Shown: positions 37,029 through 47,098, counted from the stretch's first letter. The stretch: 64,000 bases of DNA from Minisyncoccota bacterium (GCA_041657045.1 JBBACM010000001.1:13259-77258), one strand, 5' to 3'. Numbers and translations are program-made. Notes: a model not told the origin generated them from the sequence alone.

Positions 37029-38804
37029 ATGAGCTTATTCGGAAAAAAACCAAAACAAGAAAAATTCTTAGAAAAAGAGATGACGACGGCTCTGGATATT
37101 ATCGCACCCGCTTCAATTGAAGTAAACCAGAACTATGTCCAGATGGAAGAAAAATTAGCTAAAACTTACTTTGTTTTTTCCTATCCAAGATATTTAACTA
37201 CCGGTTGGCTTTCTCCGATTATTAATATGGATATTCCCTTAGATATTTCTTTCTTTTTCCATCCGATTGAAACAGGAAGCATTTTAAGACAATTGAGAAA
37301 AAGCGTTACCGAAGTTCAGGCGGAAATTATGGAAAGAGAAGAAAAGGGTCTTATCAGAGACCCTGCCTTGGAAACGGCCTATCAAGACCTGGAAGACTTA
37401 AGAAGTAGACTACAAACAGCTCAGGAAAAAATGTTCAAGTTTGGACTATATATTACGATATATGCGGATAGCGCAAAAGAATTAGAAACAATCGAAACAA
37501 CGTTAAGGTCAATCCTTGAGTCAAGATTAATTTACATTAAACCGGCATTATACCAGCAAAAAGAAGGCTTGATTTCTTCTTTCCCTTATGGAAGCGATTT
37601 GTTGCAAATACACAACACCTTAAACACAACTCCTTTATCGAGTATTTTCCCATTTATTTCTTTTGATTTAAGTTCAAACGAGGGGATACTCTACGGGATA
37701 AACAAACACAACAACTCTTTGGTTCTATTTGACCGTTTCAGCATGGAAAACGCCAATATGGTAATATTTGCCAAGTCTGGCTCCGGTAAATCATATGCGG
37801 TCAAATTAGAGATATTAAGGTCCCTTATGATGGGAACCGAGTGTATAATTCTCGACCCTGAAAACGAATACAAAACATTGTCAGAGGCAGTGGATGGCTC
37901 ATTCTTTAAAATATCTTTGAGCTCGGATAGCCACATCAATCCTTTTGACTTGCCTGAACCGAGAGAAGACGAAACCCCGGAAGATGTTTTAAGATCGAAC
38001 ATAATCAACTTAGTCGGATTGATGAGGATAATGCTTGGAGGATTAAGCCCGGAAGAAGATGCTATTATGGACAGAGCGCTTTCCGAAACATATGCCGCTA
38101 AAGACATTACTGCCAACTCAGACCCGAAGGCCTGGGGCACCAGCGTTCCCATCATGTCTGATCTGGAATCTGTTTTAGACACTATGGATGGAGCAGAGTC
38201 CTTAGTTGAAAGGTTGAGAAAATTCACCAAAGGAACGTTCGCTTCTTTCTTTAATCAAAAGTCAAATATTTCAATGGATAAATCTCTTGTTGTTTTTGGC
38301 ATCAGAGACATGGAAGACGAATTAAGACCTATGGCTATGTTTATAATCATGAGATATATATGGAATACGGCCAGGGCTGAATTGAAAAAAAGAATTCTGG
38401 TAATTGATGAAGCCTGGTGGATGATGAAAACCGACGATGGAGCTTCTTTCTTGTTCGGCATCTGTAAAAGAGCGAGAAAATACTGGCTTGGAGTTACAAC
38501 CATTACCCAGGATGTTTCCGACTTTATGCGTTCCGAATATGGAAAACCTATTATTACAAACTCTTCAATTCAATTACTATTAAAGCAAAGCCCGGCAACG
38601 ATTGATTTAATCCAACAGACGTTTACCTTGACCGAACAAGAAAAATTCCTCCTGCTCGAAACTCCGGTAGGGGAAGGCATTTTCTTCGCTGGACAAAAAC
38701 ACGTTGCTATCAGGATAGTAGCCTCATACACCGAGGACCAGATAATAACTACCAGTCCGGAAGAAATAATGAAAATAAAAAAAGCAAAAGAAAACTTGCT
38801 ATAA
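37029..38804 (+). CDS. VirB4/TraC-family conjugation-type ATPase (C-terminal two thirds)
   Basis: Walker A FAKSGSGKSYA, Walker B ILVIDEAWWMM, and a CagE/TrbE/VirB4-like region (FVFSYPRYLTTGW...). Confidence 0.65.
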   Translation: MSLFGKKPKQEKFLEKEMTTALDIIAPASIEVNQNYVQMEEKLAKTYFVFSYPRYLTTGWLSPIINMDIPLDISFFFHPIETGSILRQLRKSVTEVQAEIMEREEKGLIRDPALETAYQDLEDLRSRLQTAQEKMFKFGLYITIYADSAKELETIETTLRSILESRLIYIKPALYQQKEGLISSFPYGSDLLQIHNTLNTTPLSSIFPFISFDLSSNEGILYGINKHNNSLVLFDRFSMENANMVIFAKSGSGKSYAVKLEILRSLMMGTECIILDPENEYKTLSEAVDGSFFKISLSSDSHINPFDLPEPREDETPEDVLRSNIINLVGLMRIMLGGLSPEEDAIMDRALSETYAAKDITANSDPKAWGTSVPIMSDLESVLDTMDGAESLVERLRKFTKGTFASFFNQKSNISMDKSLVVFGIRDMEDELRPMAMFIIMRYIWNTARAELKKRILVIDEAWWMMKTDDGASFLFGICKRARKYWLGVTTITQDVSDFMRSEYGKPIITNSSIQLLLKQSPATIDLIQQTFTLTEQEKFLLLETPVGEGIFFAGQKHVAIRIVASYTEDQIITTSPEEIMKIKKAKENLL

Positions 38805-38835
38805 TTTAAAACCGGGTCGTCTACCCGGTTTTTAG

Positions 38836-39306
38836 TTAAATTTTAGGTTTGACAATTACTTTCCTTTCTTCTCCTTCTCCGACGCTTTCGGTCGTCACAT
38901 CTTTTCTGTCCGCCAATTCCATGTGGACTATCCTCCTGTCAAAAGAAGAAGTAAAAGGGAGTTCTTTCTCTCTGCCTGTTCTTGATACTTCATCGGCCAC
39001 ACTCTGGGCTACATCTCTTAAATAATTTTCTTTATTCTTTTTGTAATTATCTATGTCTAAACTTAAATAAAAATCTTTATCAGTTTTCTTCTTTATTACC
39101 TTTCTTAAAAGTAATTGTATATCGGCCAAAACTAATCCCTGTTTTCCGATAAGAGCTTGAGCTTCAACTGTTTTAATGTTTATATCCAATACATCTTCGC
39201 CGTCCCTTTCTTCGGCTTTTCCTTCGACCTCAACCACAAAACCAACTTGAACAAAAAAGTCTTTAATAATTTCTTTAATGTTTTCCAGTTGTTCCTGGTC
39301 AATCAT
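38836..39306 (-). CDS. Jag/KhpB-like RNA-binding protein (KH plus R3H)
   Basis: KH-like N-terminus, R3H-like C-terminus, and position downstream of yidC. Confidence 0.65.
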   Translation of the reverse strand: MIDQEQLENIKEIIKDFFVQVGFVVEVEGKAEERDGEDVLDINIKTVEAQALIGKQGLVLADIQLLLRKVIKKKTDKDFYLSLDIDNYKKNKENYLRDVAQSVADEVSRTGREKELPFTSSFDRRIVHMELADRKDVTTESVGEGEERKVIVKPKI

Positions 39307-40013
39307 ATTCCTTTCTTATTAAATATTTTTCTCTGTTGGAAAATTGTAAAGACTGTTGTTATCAACCAATACAATCCTAAGGCTGCGGGAAGATTGTATA
39401 GAACGAAGAAGGTTATTAGGGGAATAAAGAAAACCATTTGCTTTGTTACCATTTCAGAAACTTGCGAAGCAGTATCCTTTGTGTCTGACTTCGGAGTAGT
39501 CGGTGTCCCAGTTTTAGCTTGGAAGAATTGAGCAACAGCGGTTATTACGGCTAGAATAATATTAGGCTTAGACAAATCTACAGTCAAAAAATATGTATTG
39601 ATGTTTTGAGGAAGAGAAATGAAAGAATAGATAAGGCTGGGGTCGGATATCTTTCCCCCTTCTTTAAATACGTAAAACAAGGCCCAGAGAATCGGTATTT
39701 GAATAAAGAGTAAGAATATTCCCGAAAAAGGATTGAATTTCTTTTCTTTATACAAAGCCATCATTTCTTCGGCCTGCTTTTGTTGATTATCTTTATTTCT
39801 TTTTTGTATTTCTTGAAGTCTTGGCTGTATTTCCGCCATAGCCTTCTGCGACTTTAAAGCCTTATCGTTTAAAGGGTTAGTTAAAAATTTAATTAAAAGT
39901 GTTAAGGCGATTACGGCTATGCCGAAATTATTTGTATAGACATATACCAGCACCAAAAAATTCAGCATCGGCTGATAAAGAATCGTATTGAAGATTAATG
40001 AAAAAATATTCAC
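39303..40013 (-). CDS. yidC: Membrane protein insertase YidC (short form)
   Basis: YidC/Oxa1 conserved TM core; rnpA-yidC-jag order. Confidence 0.8.
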   Translation of the reverse strand: MNIFSLIFNTILYQPMLNFLVLVYVYTNNFGIAVIALTLLIKFLTNPLNDKALKSQKAMAEIQPRLQEIQKRNKDNQQKQAEEMMALYKEKKFNPFSGIFLLFIQIPILWALFYVFKEGGKISDPSLIYSFISLPQNINTYFLTVDLSKPNIILAVITAVAQFFQAKTGTPTTPKSDTKDTASQVSEMVTKQMVFFIPLITFFVLYNLPAALGLYWLITTVFTIFQQRKIFNKKGI

Positions 40014-40019
40014 AATAGT

Positions 40020-40352
40020 TTATTTTATCTTTTCTAAAAGATTGGCGATGTCTTTCTCTATTTCCTCGTAGCCGGCGTCTTTAATGGGGGATAGGGCGAT
40101 AATGATTATTCTCATTCCATCTTTAATCTCTTTTTTTCTTAGTCTGACAATCTCCCTCATTCTTCTTTTCGCTTTGTTTCTAATAACGGCCAGTTTGGAA
40201 ACTTTTTTACTGACCACAAATCCTATCTTTGTCTTCTCATCTTCTTCCTTAGAATACTTTAAAAAAACGTAATTGCCTTTAAGTGTTTTTCCTTCCTTAA
40301 AAACCGCCTCGAATTCTTTCTTTCTTTTTAACCTGTTTTCTTTAGGCAACAT
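40020..40352 (-). CDS. rnpA: RNase P protein component
   Basis: Basic ~110-aa protein (KENRLKRKKEF...) located between rpmH and yidC. Confidence 0.8.
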   Translation of the reverse strand: MLPKENRLKRKKEFEAVFKEGKTLKGNYVFLKYSKEEDEKTKIGFVVSKKVSKLAVIRNKAKRRMREIVRLRKKEIKDGMRIIIIALSPIKDAGYEEIEKDIANLLEKIK

Positions 40353-40359
40353 ACAAAAA

Positions 40360-40494
40360 CTAAACGCTTAATTTGGCTCTACCTTTTCTTCTTCTTTTGG
40401 CCAAAATAGTTTTTCCGCTCTTGGTTTTGCTTCTTTCTAAGAATCCGTGAGCCCTGACTCTTTTCTTTTTTTTCGGTTGATATGTTTGACTCAT
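40360..40494 (-). CDS. rpmH: 50S ribosomal protein L34 (44 aa: [44 protein letters not shown])
   Basis: Manual translation; not in the ORF track because it is below 60 aa. Canonical L34 ending. Confidence 0.85.
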   Translation of the reverse strand: MSQTYQPKKKKRVRAHGFLERSKTKSGKTILAKRRRKGRAKLSV

Positions 40495-40708
40495 ATTGTT
40501 ATTTTTTTATTCTGTTTTATATATAGAACTATATCAAAAAAACAGGCTCTGGTCAATCAATTTTAACACTAAAAATAGGACAATTTTTATTAACCCTTTG
40601 TCCACAAATTATCCACACAGACTATATAAACCATTGATAATACTACTCCTTTTGCTTTCTTGACAATATGTAAGGTATAATAATAGTAATATTATTAAAC
40701 GGGGTATT
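40495..40708. other. Putative oriC part 1: DnaA boxes TTGTCCACA (40598-40606) and TTATCCACA (40609-40617) between rpmH and dnaA
   Basis: Perfect consensus DnaA box and conserved origin synteny. Confidence 0.55.
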
Positions 40709-42067
40709 ATGACTAACGAAGAACTCTGGCAGACAGTATCGTCTCAAATCCAATTAAATATCTCTCCGGCGAATTTCGCCACATGGTTTGCAAACACCAA
40801 AATATCTTCGGTCGAAGATAATGTCGTGACTGTTTCTGTCCCTAACTCTTTTTCAAAAGAATGGATGGAACAGAAATACCATAAAGATATTTTCAAAATA
40901 CTAAAATCTCTGGATGAAAACATTAAAGACATACAATATGTGGTTAATCCCGTTAATATAAAAATTAATGTCGGTGGAAAAAAAGGACTTAAAAAAGAAA
41001 ACTCTATTGAGCAGATGGGATTTTCAGAATTGGAAGTAAGCAAAGAAACAAACCTTAATCCTAAATATACTTTTGATAATTTTATAACCGGACCATTTAA
41101 TGAAATAGCTTACGCCGCTGCGATGGCCGTAGTCGAAGAGCCGGGGAAAAGCTACAACCCCTTATTCATATATGGAGATGTCGGGCTAGGTAAAACTCAT
41201 TTAATCCAGGCCATAGGGAATAAAATAAAAGAAAACGACCCAGATAAAAAAGTTAAATACATCCCAGCCGAAAAACTTATCTCCACCATAGTTAATGCCA
41301 TAAGAGGCCAAAGCGTTGAAGAATTAAAAAAGAATTTACGCAACATTGATGTATTAATAGTTGACGACATTCAATTTCTCGCCGGCAAGGACAAAACTCA
41401 GGAAGAATTTTTCCACACCTTTAATTCTCTTTACCAAAAAAATAAACAAATAATTCTTTCTTCAGATAGACATCCTAATAACATTCCTGCCATAACCGAA
41501 AGATTAAAATCAAGATTCGGCGGGGGGATGATTGCTGATATAAATATCCCTGACTATGAAACTAGAATGGCCATTTTAAAACAAAAGGCTGAAGAAAAAG
41601 GCGTTGTTGTCCCTGCTGATGTTTTAGAGTATATCGCCAATAATATCCAAAAAAATGTAAGAGAGTTGGAGGGAGCTATAAGCCGTTTGATTATATACAA
41701 AAAAACAAATGGAAAAACTGTAACAATCGAAGACGCCAAAAAGCTCTTAAAGAATATCATTGTTTCGCCGGCGAAAGTAACAAATTATAAAAAAATAATT
41801 GAGGCAATTACTGAATTTTACGATATTCCCTTCGGAAACATGTTCTTCAGCTCAAGGAAAAAAGAGTTCGCTAGACCAAGACAATTAGCCATGTTTTTAC
41901 TAAAAAAAGAGTTAAAAATGTCATACTCTGAAATCGGTAGAAAATTCGGAGGAAAAGACCACACGACAGTCATTCACTCTTGTCAGTTAATAGAAAAAGA
42001 AGACGAAGAAAACGAAAAAATACACCAAGAAATAGAATTAATCCTTCAAAGAATATACAGTAAATAG
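40709..42067 (+). CDS. dnaA: Chromosomal replication initiator DnaA
   Basis: AAA+ Walker A GDVGLGKTHL and the C-terminal DNA-binding domain. Confidence 0.95.
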   Translation: MTNEELWQTVSSQIQLNISPANFATWFANTKISSVEDNVVTVSVPNSFSKEWMEQKYHKDIFKILKSLDENIKDIQYVVNPVNIKINVGGKKGLKKENSIEQMGFSELEVSKETNLNPKYTFDNFITGPFNEIAYAAAMAVVEEPGKSYNPLFIYGDVGLGKTHLIQAIGNKIKENDPDKKVKYIPAEKLISTIVNAIRGQSVEELKKNLRNIDVLIVDDIQFLAGKDKTQEEFFHTFNSLYQKNKQIILSSDRHPNNIPAITERLKSRFGGGMIADINIPDYETRMAILKQKAEEKGVVVPADVLEYIANNIQKNVRELEGAISRLIIYKKTNGKTVTIEDAKKLLKNIIVSPAKVTNYKKIIEAITEFYDIPFGNMFFSSRKKEFARPRQLAMFLLKKELKMSYSEIGRKFGGKDHTTVIHSCQLIEKEDEENEKIHQEIELILQRIYSK

Positions 42068-42297
42068 TGTGGAAAACATGAGGGAATAGAAGGTAAGGGG
42101 TGCTGACAAAATCGAGCACAAAAAAGTTATCAGACTAACCACGCAGAAATAGTCCCCAAGATGTCCCGAGTTATCCACAAAACAATTATTTCAAAAATCA
42201 TTTAAAACAAAAGAAAAACAATCATTAATAAATATTATCCACAAAAATACAATAATTAATAGTAATAATAAAAAATAAATCTTATTTTTAAAAACAT
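42068..42297. other. Putative oriC part 2: DnaA boxes TGTGGAAAA (42068-42076, reverse orientation), TTATCCACA (42170-42178) and TTATCCACA (42234-42242) in the AT-rich dnaA-dnaN spacer
   Basis: Read directly from the sequence. Confidence 0.55.
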
Positions 42298-43425
42298 ATG
42301 AATTTTACAATGCTTACCAAAGAATTAAAAAAGGGTGTAGGGGTAGTTGAAAAAATAACAGGAAAAAATTTAACTCTTCCTATTTTGGATAATTTATTAA
42401 TTGAGGCCACTCCTAATTTTTTGAAAATATCTTCAACTGACCTTGAGGTTGGAATGCAGTGGTGGGGATTATGTAAAACAGAAAAAGAAGGGAAAATAGC
42501 AGTCCCAGCAAGATTTATTAACCAGCTTATCGGGTCTTTGCCCGATGACAAGGTTACCATCAAAGAAAAGAGCAACTCCTTAATAATAGAGTCGAAAAAT
42601 CTCAAAACACAAATTAAAGGATTTTCCGCTGAAGATTTTCCAATTATACCTTCTTTTTTGAAAGAAATATACATTGAGGTAGACGGAAAGAAACTGAAAG
42701 ACGGATTAATGAGCGTTGTGGACATTGCAAGCCTTTCTCAAATCAGGCCGGAGATATCAGGAATATATCTATCTTTTGGAAAAGATTCGGTTAAATTAGT
42801 AGCTACGGACAGCTTCAGGTTGGCTGAAAAAATAATTAATTTGAAGTCCGGATTTAAAAATTTATTTAATAGAGAAGTGAATTTTATATTGCCTCAAAAA
42901 ACAATTAAAGAATTAATCAATATTTTGCCTGAAGAAGAAAAGGGAATAAGAATTTATCTTTCAGAATCTCAAGTTTTGTTCGAAACATTTTTACCTAATT
43001 CTGAGCATCCGGAAATAAATCTCATTTCTCGCCAAATAGAAGGAGAGTATCCCTCCTATCAGGAAATTATTCCCAAGGCCAGTAAAACAAAAATTATTTT
43101 AAACAAAGAAGAATTTGCTAAGCAAATTAAAACAGCCGGGCTGTTCGGAGGAAGGACAAATGAGGTTGTCTTGAATGTGAGCGCAAAAGAATTGGAAATA
43201 AAAAGCCAGGATTCTGAAATAGGAGAGAGCGAGTCGGTTGTGGCAGCAAAGATTGAAGGAGAATCTTTAAAGGTATCTTTTAATTGGAAATTTATTATTG
43301 ACGGATTATCAAATATTAAAAGTTCGGAAATAAGTTTTGAGCTTCAGGGAGGAGACGGCCCGGCAGTAATTAGACCGACGGGCGATGCGAGCTATCTGTA
43401 CGTGATTATGCCGATAAAGATATAA
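42298..43425 (+). CDS. dnaN: DNA polymerase III beta sliding clamp
   Basis: Three-domain clamp architecture, directly after dnaA. Confidence 0.9.
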   Translation: MNFTMLTKELKKGVGVVEKITGKNLTLPILDNLLIEATPNFLKISSTDLEVGMQWWGLCKTEKEGKIAVPARFINQLIGSLPDDKVTIKEKSNSLIIESKNLKTQIKGFSAEDFPIIPSFLKEIYIEVDGKKLKDGLMSVVDIASLSQIRPEISGIYLSFGKDSVKLVATDSFRLAEKIINLKSGFKNLFNREVNFILPQKTIKELINILPEEEKGIRIYLSESQVLFETFLPNSEHPEINLISRQIEGEYPSYQEIIPKASKTKIILNKEEFAKQIKTAGLFGGRTNEVVLNVSAKELEIKSQDSEIGESESVVAAKIEGESLKVSFNWKFIIDGLSNIKSSEISFELQGGDGPAVIRPTGDASYLYVIMPIKI

Positions 43426-43426
43426 G

Positions 43427-43454
43427 AAAAAACGCGGACTATTCCGCGTTTTTT
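43427..43454. terminator. Bidirectional intrinsic terminator AAAAAACGCGGA-ctat-TCCGCGTTTTTT between dnaN and the convergent PBP gene (the PBP stop codon lies in the loop)
   Basis: 8-bp GC-rich stem flanked by an A-run and a T-run. Confidence 0.7.
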
Positions 43455-45319
43455 AACTCCACACTTTTTTCAATTATTTTTCTCCAGGCCGGACCCGATG
43501 CTGATTCTCCAACTCCTCCAGTCATAGGGGAGTTGTTATTATTACCCGACCAAACTCCGACACAAGTATCTTCGGTGCACCCGAGAACCCATCCGTCAAC
43601 GTTCTTCTGGGTTGTTCCCGTTTTGGCAAAAACTTTATAACTATCAAATCTTAAATTTGAGTTTTGTCCGAAGATCGGAGCCCTGGCATCGTTGTCAGAT
43701 AAAATACTTGTAATTGTTTCACAGACGCTGCTTTCGATAACTTTTCTCGGGGTATTATTGTTCTCGTAAATTATACTCCCGTTTGCATCTTCTATTTTAA
43801 TTATCGAAGATGGTTCTATTTTGTAGCCGTTGTTAGCAAAAACTCCGTAGGCCGAAACCATATCTAAAAGATGGACTTCTCCACCTCCTAAGACTAAAGA
43901 TAGCCCATAATATCCGGGTTCCCGGTTTAGTGTGGTAATGCCCATTTTTTTAGCAAGGGCGATGCTATCATTTAGCCCGGCCAGGTCTCTCAATACTTTT
44001 ACGGCAGGGACGTTTAATGACTGCGCTAAGGCGTTTCTCAAGGTCACTGGACCTCTGAATCGTCCATCGTAGTTTTGAGGCTCGTAGGGCTTTCCTCCCC
44101 ACATTCCGAAGTTTGTCGGTTCGTCGACTACTATGGTTTTGTCTGTTGCGCCTTTTATAAAAGCTTCGGCGTAAACAAAGGGCTTGAAAGACGATCCTGG
44201 CTGTCTCCCTAGTCCGTCGGTAGCTACGTTAAAGCTCGGCACAAATTTACAAGTAGTGGCTGGGTCGCAGCCTTTGGGCAATGATTCTCCCCAAGGGTCG
44301 GCAGAACCGACCATAGACAGAATTTCTCCTGTTTTTGGGTCAAGAGAAACGAGGGCCGAATTATATGCTCCGAACCTAGCTATGTTGTTTTTAACGTTTT
44401 CTGTGATTGCTATTTCGGAAGCCTGCTGTAAATCCCAATTCAAGGTCGTATATATTTTTAATCCTTTAGTTTCCAAAAATTCCGGGCCGTAATTTTTTTC
44501 TATTTCCTTTTTAACATATTCAACAAAATGAATCGCCATTGTTTTGGGGAGTTTATTAAAAGTCAATTCTACCTTTTGAGCGTTGTCTCTTTCTTCGGCA
44601 GTAATGTAGTGTTCTTGTTCCATTCTCTTTAGGACGTAATCTTTTCTTCCCAGCAATTCTTCGAGATGGTTGCCGTAGGGAGAGTAGTAGCTTGGGATTT
44701 GGATGATTGCAGCCAATAACGCCGCTTCGGGCAAAGTTAGATCTTGAGCTGATTTTTGGAAGTAAGTAAGAGATGCTTCTTCTACCCCGTAAATATTAAT
44801 ACCAAAAGGAACTTGGTTTAAATACCATTCAAGAATTTGGTCTTTACTATATTTTCTGTCTAACTCTACAGAAAGGACAATCTCTTTTACCTTTCTGCTG
44901 ATTGTTTTGTCAGGAGTTAAGAAAGTGCTTCTGATTAATTGCTGGGTTATGGTCGAAGCACCGTGAGACCTGCTTCGAGTCGTAATGTCTATTTTTATAG
45001 CTCTAAATAATGCAGGAATATCTATTCCAAAATGGCTATAAAAATTAGAATCTTCAGTCGCGATAACAGCTTTTTTCATTACGTCAGGAATTTTGTCCAG
45101 CGGGATGTATGTTCTTTTTTCTTCTCCGTAAACGCTTGAAAGCAGTATTTTTCCAGTTCGGTCATATATTTTAGTCGACTGGTTTATTTGGGCCTCGGTA
45201 AAGACTTCCGGCCTCGGCAAGTCTTTAAGAAAAAGAAAAAACATGGCGATTATTAATAAAAAGACGGACAGAGTGGCATATCCTAGTGTTTTAAGCAGGT
45301 TTTTGTTGTTTTTTGTCAT
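43439..45319 (-). CDS. Class A penicillin-binding protein (GT51 transglycosylase plus transpeptidase)
   Basis: N-terminal TM; GT51 motifs (ATEDSNFYSHFGID, RSHGASTITQQL); transpeptidase SxxK/SxN-like region. Confidence 0.85.
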   Translation of the reverse strand: MTKNNKNLLKTLGYATLSVFLLIIAMFFLFLKDLPRPEVFTEAQINQSTKIYDRTGKILLSSVYGEEKRTYIPLDKIPDVMKKAVIATEDSNFYSHFGIDIPALFRAIKIDITTRSRSHGASTITQQLIRSTFLTPDKTISRKVKEIVLSVELDRKYSKDQILEWYLNQVPFGINIYGVEEASLTYFQKSAQDLTLPEAALLAAIIQIPSYYSPYGNHLEELLGRKDYVLKRMEQEHYITAEERDNAQKVELTFNKLPKTMAIHFVEYVKKEIEKNYGPEFLETKGLKIYTTLNWDLQQASEIAITENVKNNIARFGAYNSALVSLDPKTGEILSMVGSADPWGESLPKGCDPATTCKFVPSFNVATDGLGRQPGSSFKPFVYAEAFIKGATDKTIVVDEPTNFGMWGGKPYEPQNYDGRFRGPVTLRNALAQSLNVPAVKVLRDLAGLNDSIALAKKMGITTLNREPGYYGLSLVLGGGEVHLLDMVSAYGVFANNGYKIEPSSIIKIEDANGSIIYENNNTPRKVIESSVCETITSILSDNDARAPIFGQNSNLRFDSYKVFAKTGTTQKNVDGWVLGCTEDTCVGVWSGNNNNSPMTGGVGESASGPAWRKIIEKSVELKNAE

Positions 45320-45416
45320 GACTTAATACTATCAAATAACATATTTACAGACAAGGGATTTTTATCTACAATATATACAAGATGAATAGGGAGTATATTG
45401 CACTTAACTTATATAC

Positions 45417-46625
45417 ATGAAAATAATAACAGACGAAAACAAAATAGACGAGATATTAAACAGGGGGACAGAAGACATTATTGATAAAGAAAATCTTAAA
45501 AAGAAGTTAATGTCGGGCAAGCAACTGAATATCAAATTCGGCATTGACCCGACCGGGCCAAGGATCCATTTGGGCAGGGCTACCGCCTTAATGAAATTAA
45601 GGGATTTTCAAGACCTGGGGCATAGAATTACTTTAATCATCGGAGATTTTACCGCTTTAATCGGTGATGCTTCAGACAAAGATTCGATTAGAAAGCCCTT
45701 AACCGAAAAAGAAATTAGAAATAATTTAAAAGATTATCTCAGTCAAATAGGGAAGATTTTGGATTTAAAAAAAGTAGACGTTAGGCATAATAAGGATTGG
45801 TTCGGTAAAATGAAAATCGAAGAGTTGATTAAGCTTTCTATGAGCTTTACTGCTCAGCAGATGATACAAAGAAGAAACTTTAAAGAAAGATGGGACAGTG
45901 CAAAGCCAATCGGAGTTCATGAATTATTGTATCCAATATTGCAAGGATATGATTCGGTTGTCATCAAATCCGATTTAGAAATAGGAGGATTTGATCAGCT
46001 ATTTAATTTAAAGGCTGGAAGAGAGTTGCAAAAAATATTCAATCAAGAGCCGCAAGACGTGATGACCTTAAGAATGATATATGGATTAGATGGCAGGAAA
46101 ATGTCTACTTCTTGGGGCAACGTTATTAATATTTTAGACGAACCTAAAGATATGTTCGGAAAATTGATGAGCTTAAGAGACGAGCTGATTATCGGATACT
46201 TTGAATCTTGCACCAGGGTTCCTATGATACAAATAAACGAATTCAAAAACAGCTTAGAAAGTAAAACAGTCAACCCAAAGGAAGTTAAAAAGATTTTGGC
46301 CAAAGAAATAATATCTTTTTTCTACGGGGCAAAGCTATCCGAAGCAGCGGAAGAAGAATTTGAACAAGTGTTTGAAGAAAAAAAACTTCCATCGGAAGTA
46401 GAGGAAGTCAGAATTGAAGAAGAAAAAATAAATGTCCAAGAATTTTTAGTAAAATTGGGGCTATCCACTTCAAAAGGAGAAGCTAAAAGGTTGATAGGGC
46501 AAGGAGGGGTAAGATTAATTAAAGGAGAAAACATTCAAGAAATTAATGATTGGCAATTAGAAATACAAATAGAAAAGGGAATGATTGTCCAGGTTGGGAA
46601 AAGGAACTTCAGAAAAATAGTTTAA
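45417..46625 (+). CDS. tyrS: Tyrosyl-tRNA synthetase
   Basis: Class I HIGH-type motif (PRIHLG), KMSKS-type motif (KMSTS) and a C-terminal S4 domain. Confidence 0.8.
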   Translation: MKIITDENKIDEILNRGTEDIIDKENLKKKLMSGKQLNIKFGIDPTGPRIHLGRATALMKLRDFQDLGHRITLIIGDFTALIGDASDKDSIRKPLTEKEIRNNLKDYLSQIGKILDLKKVDVRHNKDWFGKMKIEELIKLSMSFTAQQMIQRRNFKERWDSAKPIGVHELLYPILQGYDSVVIKSDLEIGGFDQLFNLKAGRELQKIFNQEPQDVMTLRMIYGLDGRKMSTSWGNVINILDEPKDMFGKLMSLRDELIIGYFESCTRVPMIQINEFKNSLESKTVNPKEVKKILAKEIISFFYGAKLSEAAEEEFEQVFEEKKLPSEVEEVRIEEEKINVQEFLVKLGLSTSKGEAKRLIGQGGVRLIKGENIQEINDWQLEIQIEKGMIVQVGKRNFRKIV

Positions 46626-47098
46626 TTGAACTTGCATTTATCGGCACAGCAAATAGCTACAGCTAAAGCATCGGCCGCGTCATCAGGCTTAGGAATTTTG
46701 TCCAGGCTTAAGAGTTTTTTGACCATTTCTTGAACCTGGTTTTTTGTTGCTTTACCGTATCCTGTTACCGCTGTTTTGGCCTGCATAGGAGTGAGTTCAA
46801 GTATGGGAACATTCTTTTTAGCTAAAGTAAAAATAATAACGCCTCGAGCTTGGCTTACTGGCATGGCTGTTTTTAAGTTTTTAAAAAAGAAAAGGCTTTC
46901 CACGGCAGCCATTTCCGGTTTGTGTTTTTTAATGACTTGGCTTAAATCAAAATTGAGTTGTTTTAATCTTTCTCCCGGGTTAAGCTTCGGAGATGTTTCA
47001 ATCACTCCGTAATCAAGGCACGTCATTTTTTTCTTTTTGTAGTCGATTACCCCGAAGCCGGTAGTGGCCGTGCCCGGGTCAATGCCTAAAATTATCAT
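46622..47098 (-). CDS. ruvC: Holliday junction resolvase RuvC
   Basis: The ILGIDPGTATTGFGV motif. Confidence 0.9.
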   Translation of the reverse strand: MIILGIDPGTATTGFGVIDYKKKKMTCLDYGVIETSPKLNPGERLKQLNFDLSQVIKKHKPEMAAVESLFFFKNLKTAMPVSQARGVIIFTLAKKNVPILELTPMQAKTAVTGYGKATKNQVQEMVKKLLSLDKIPKPDDAADALAVAICCADKCKFN

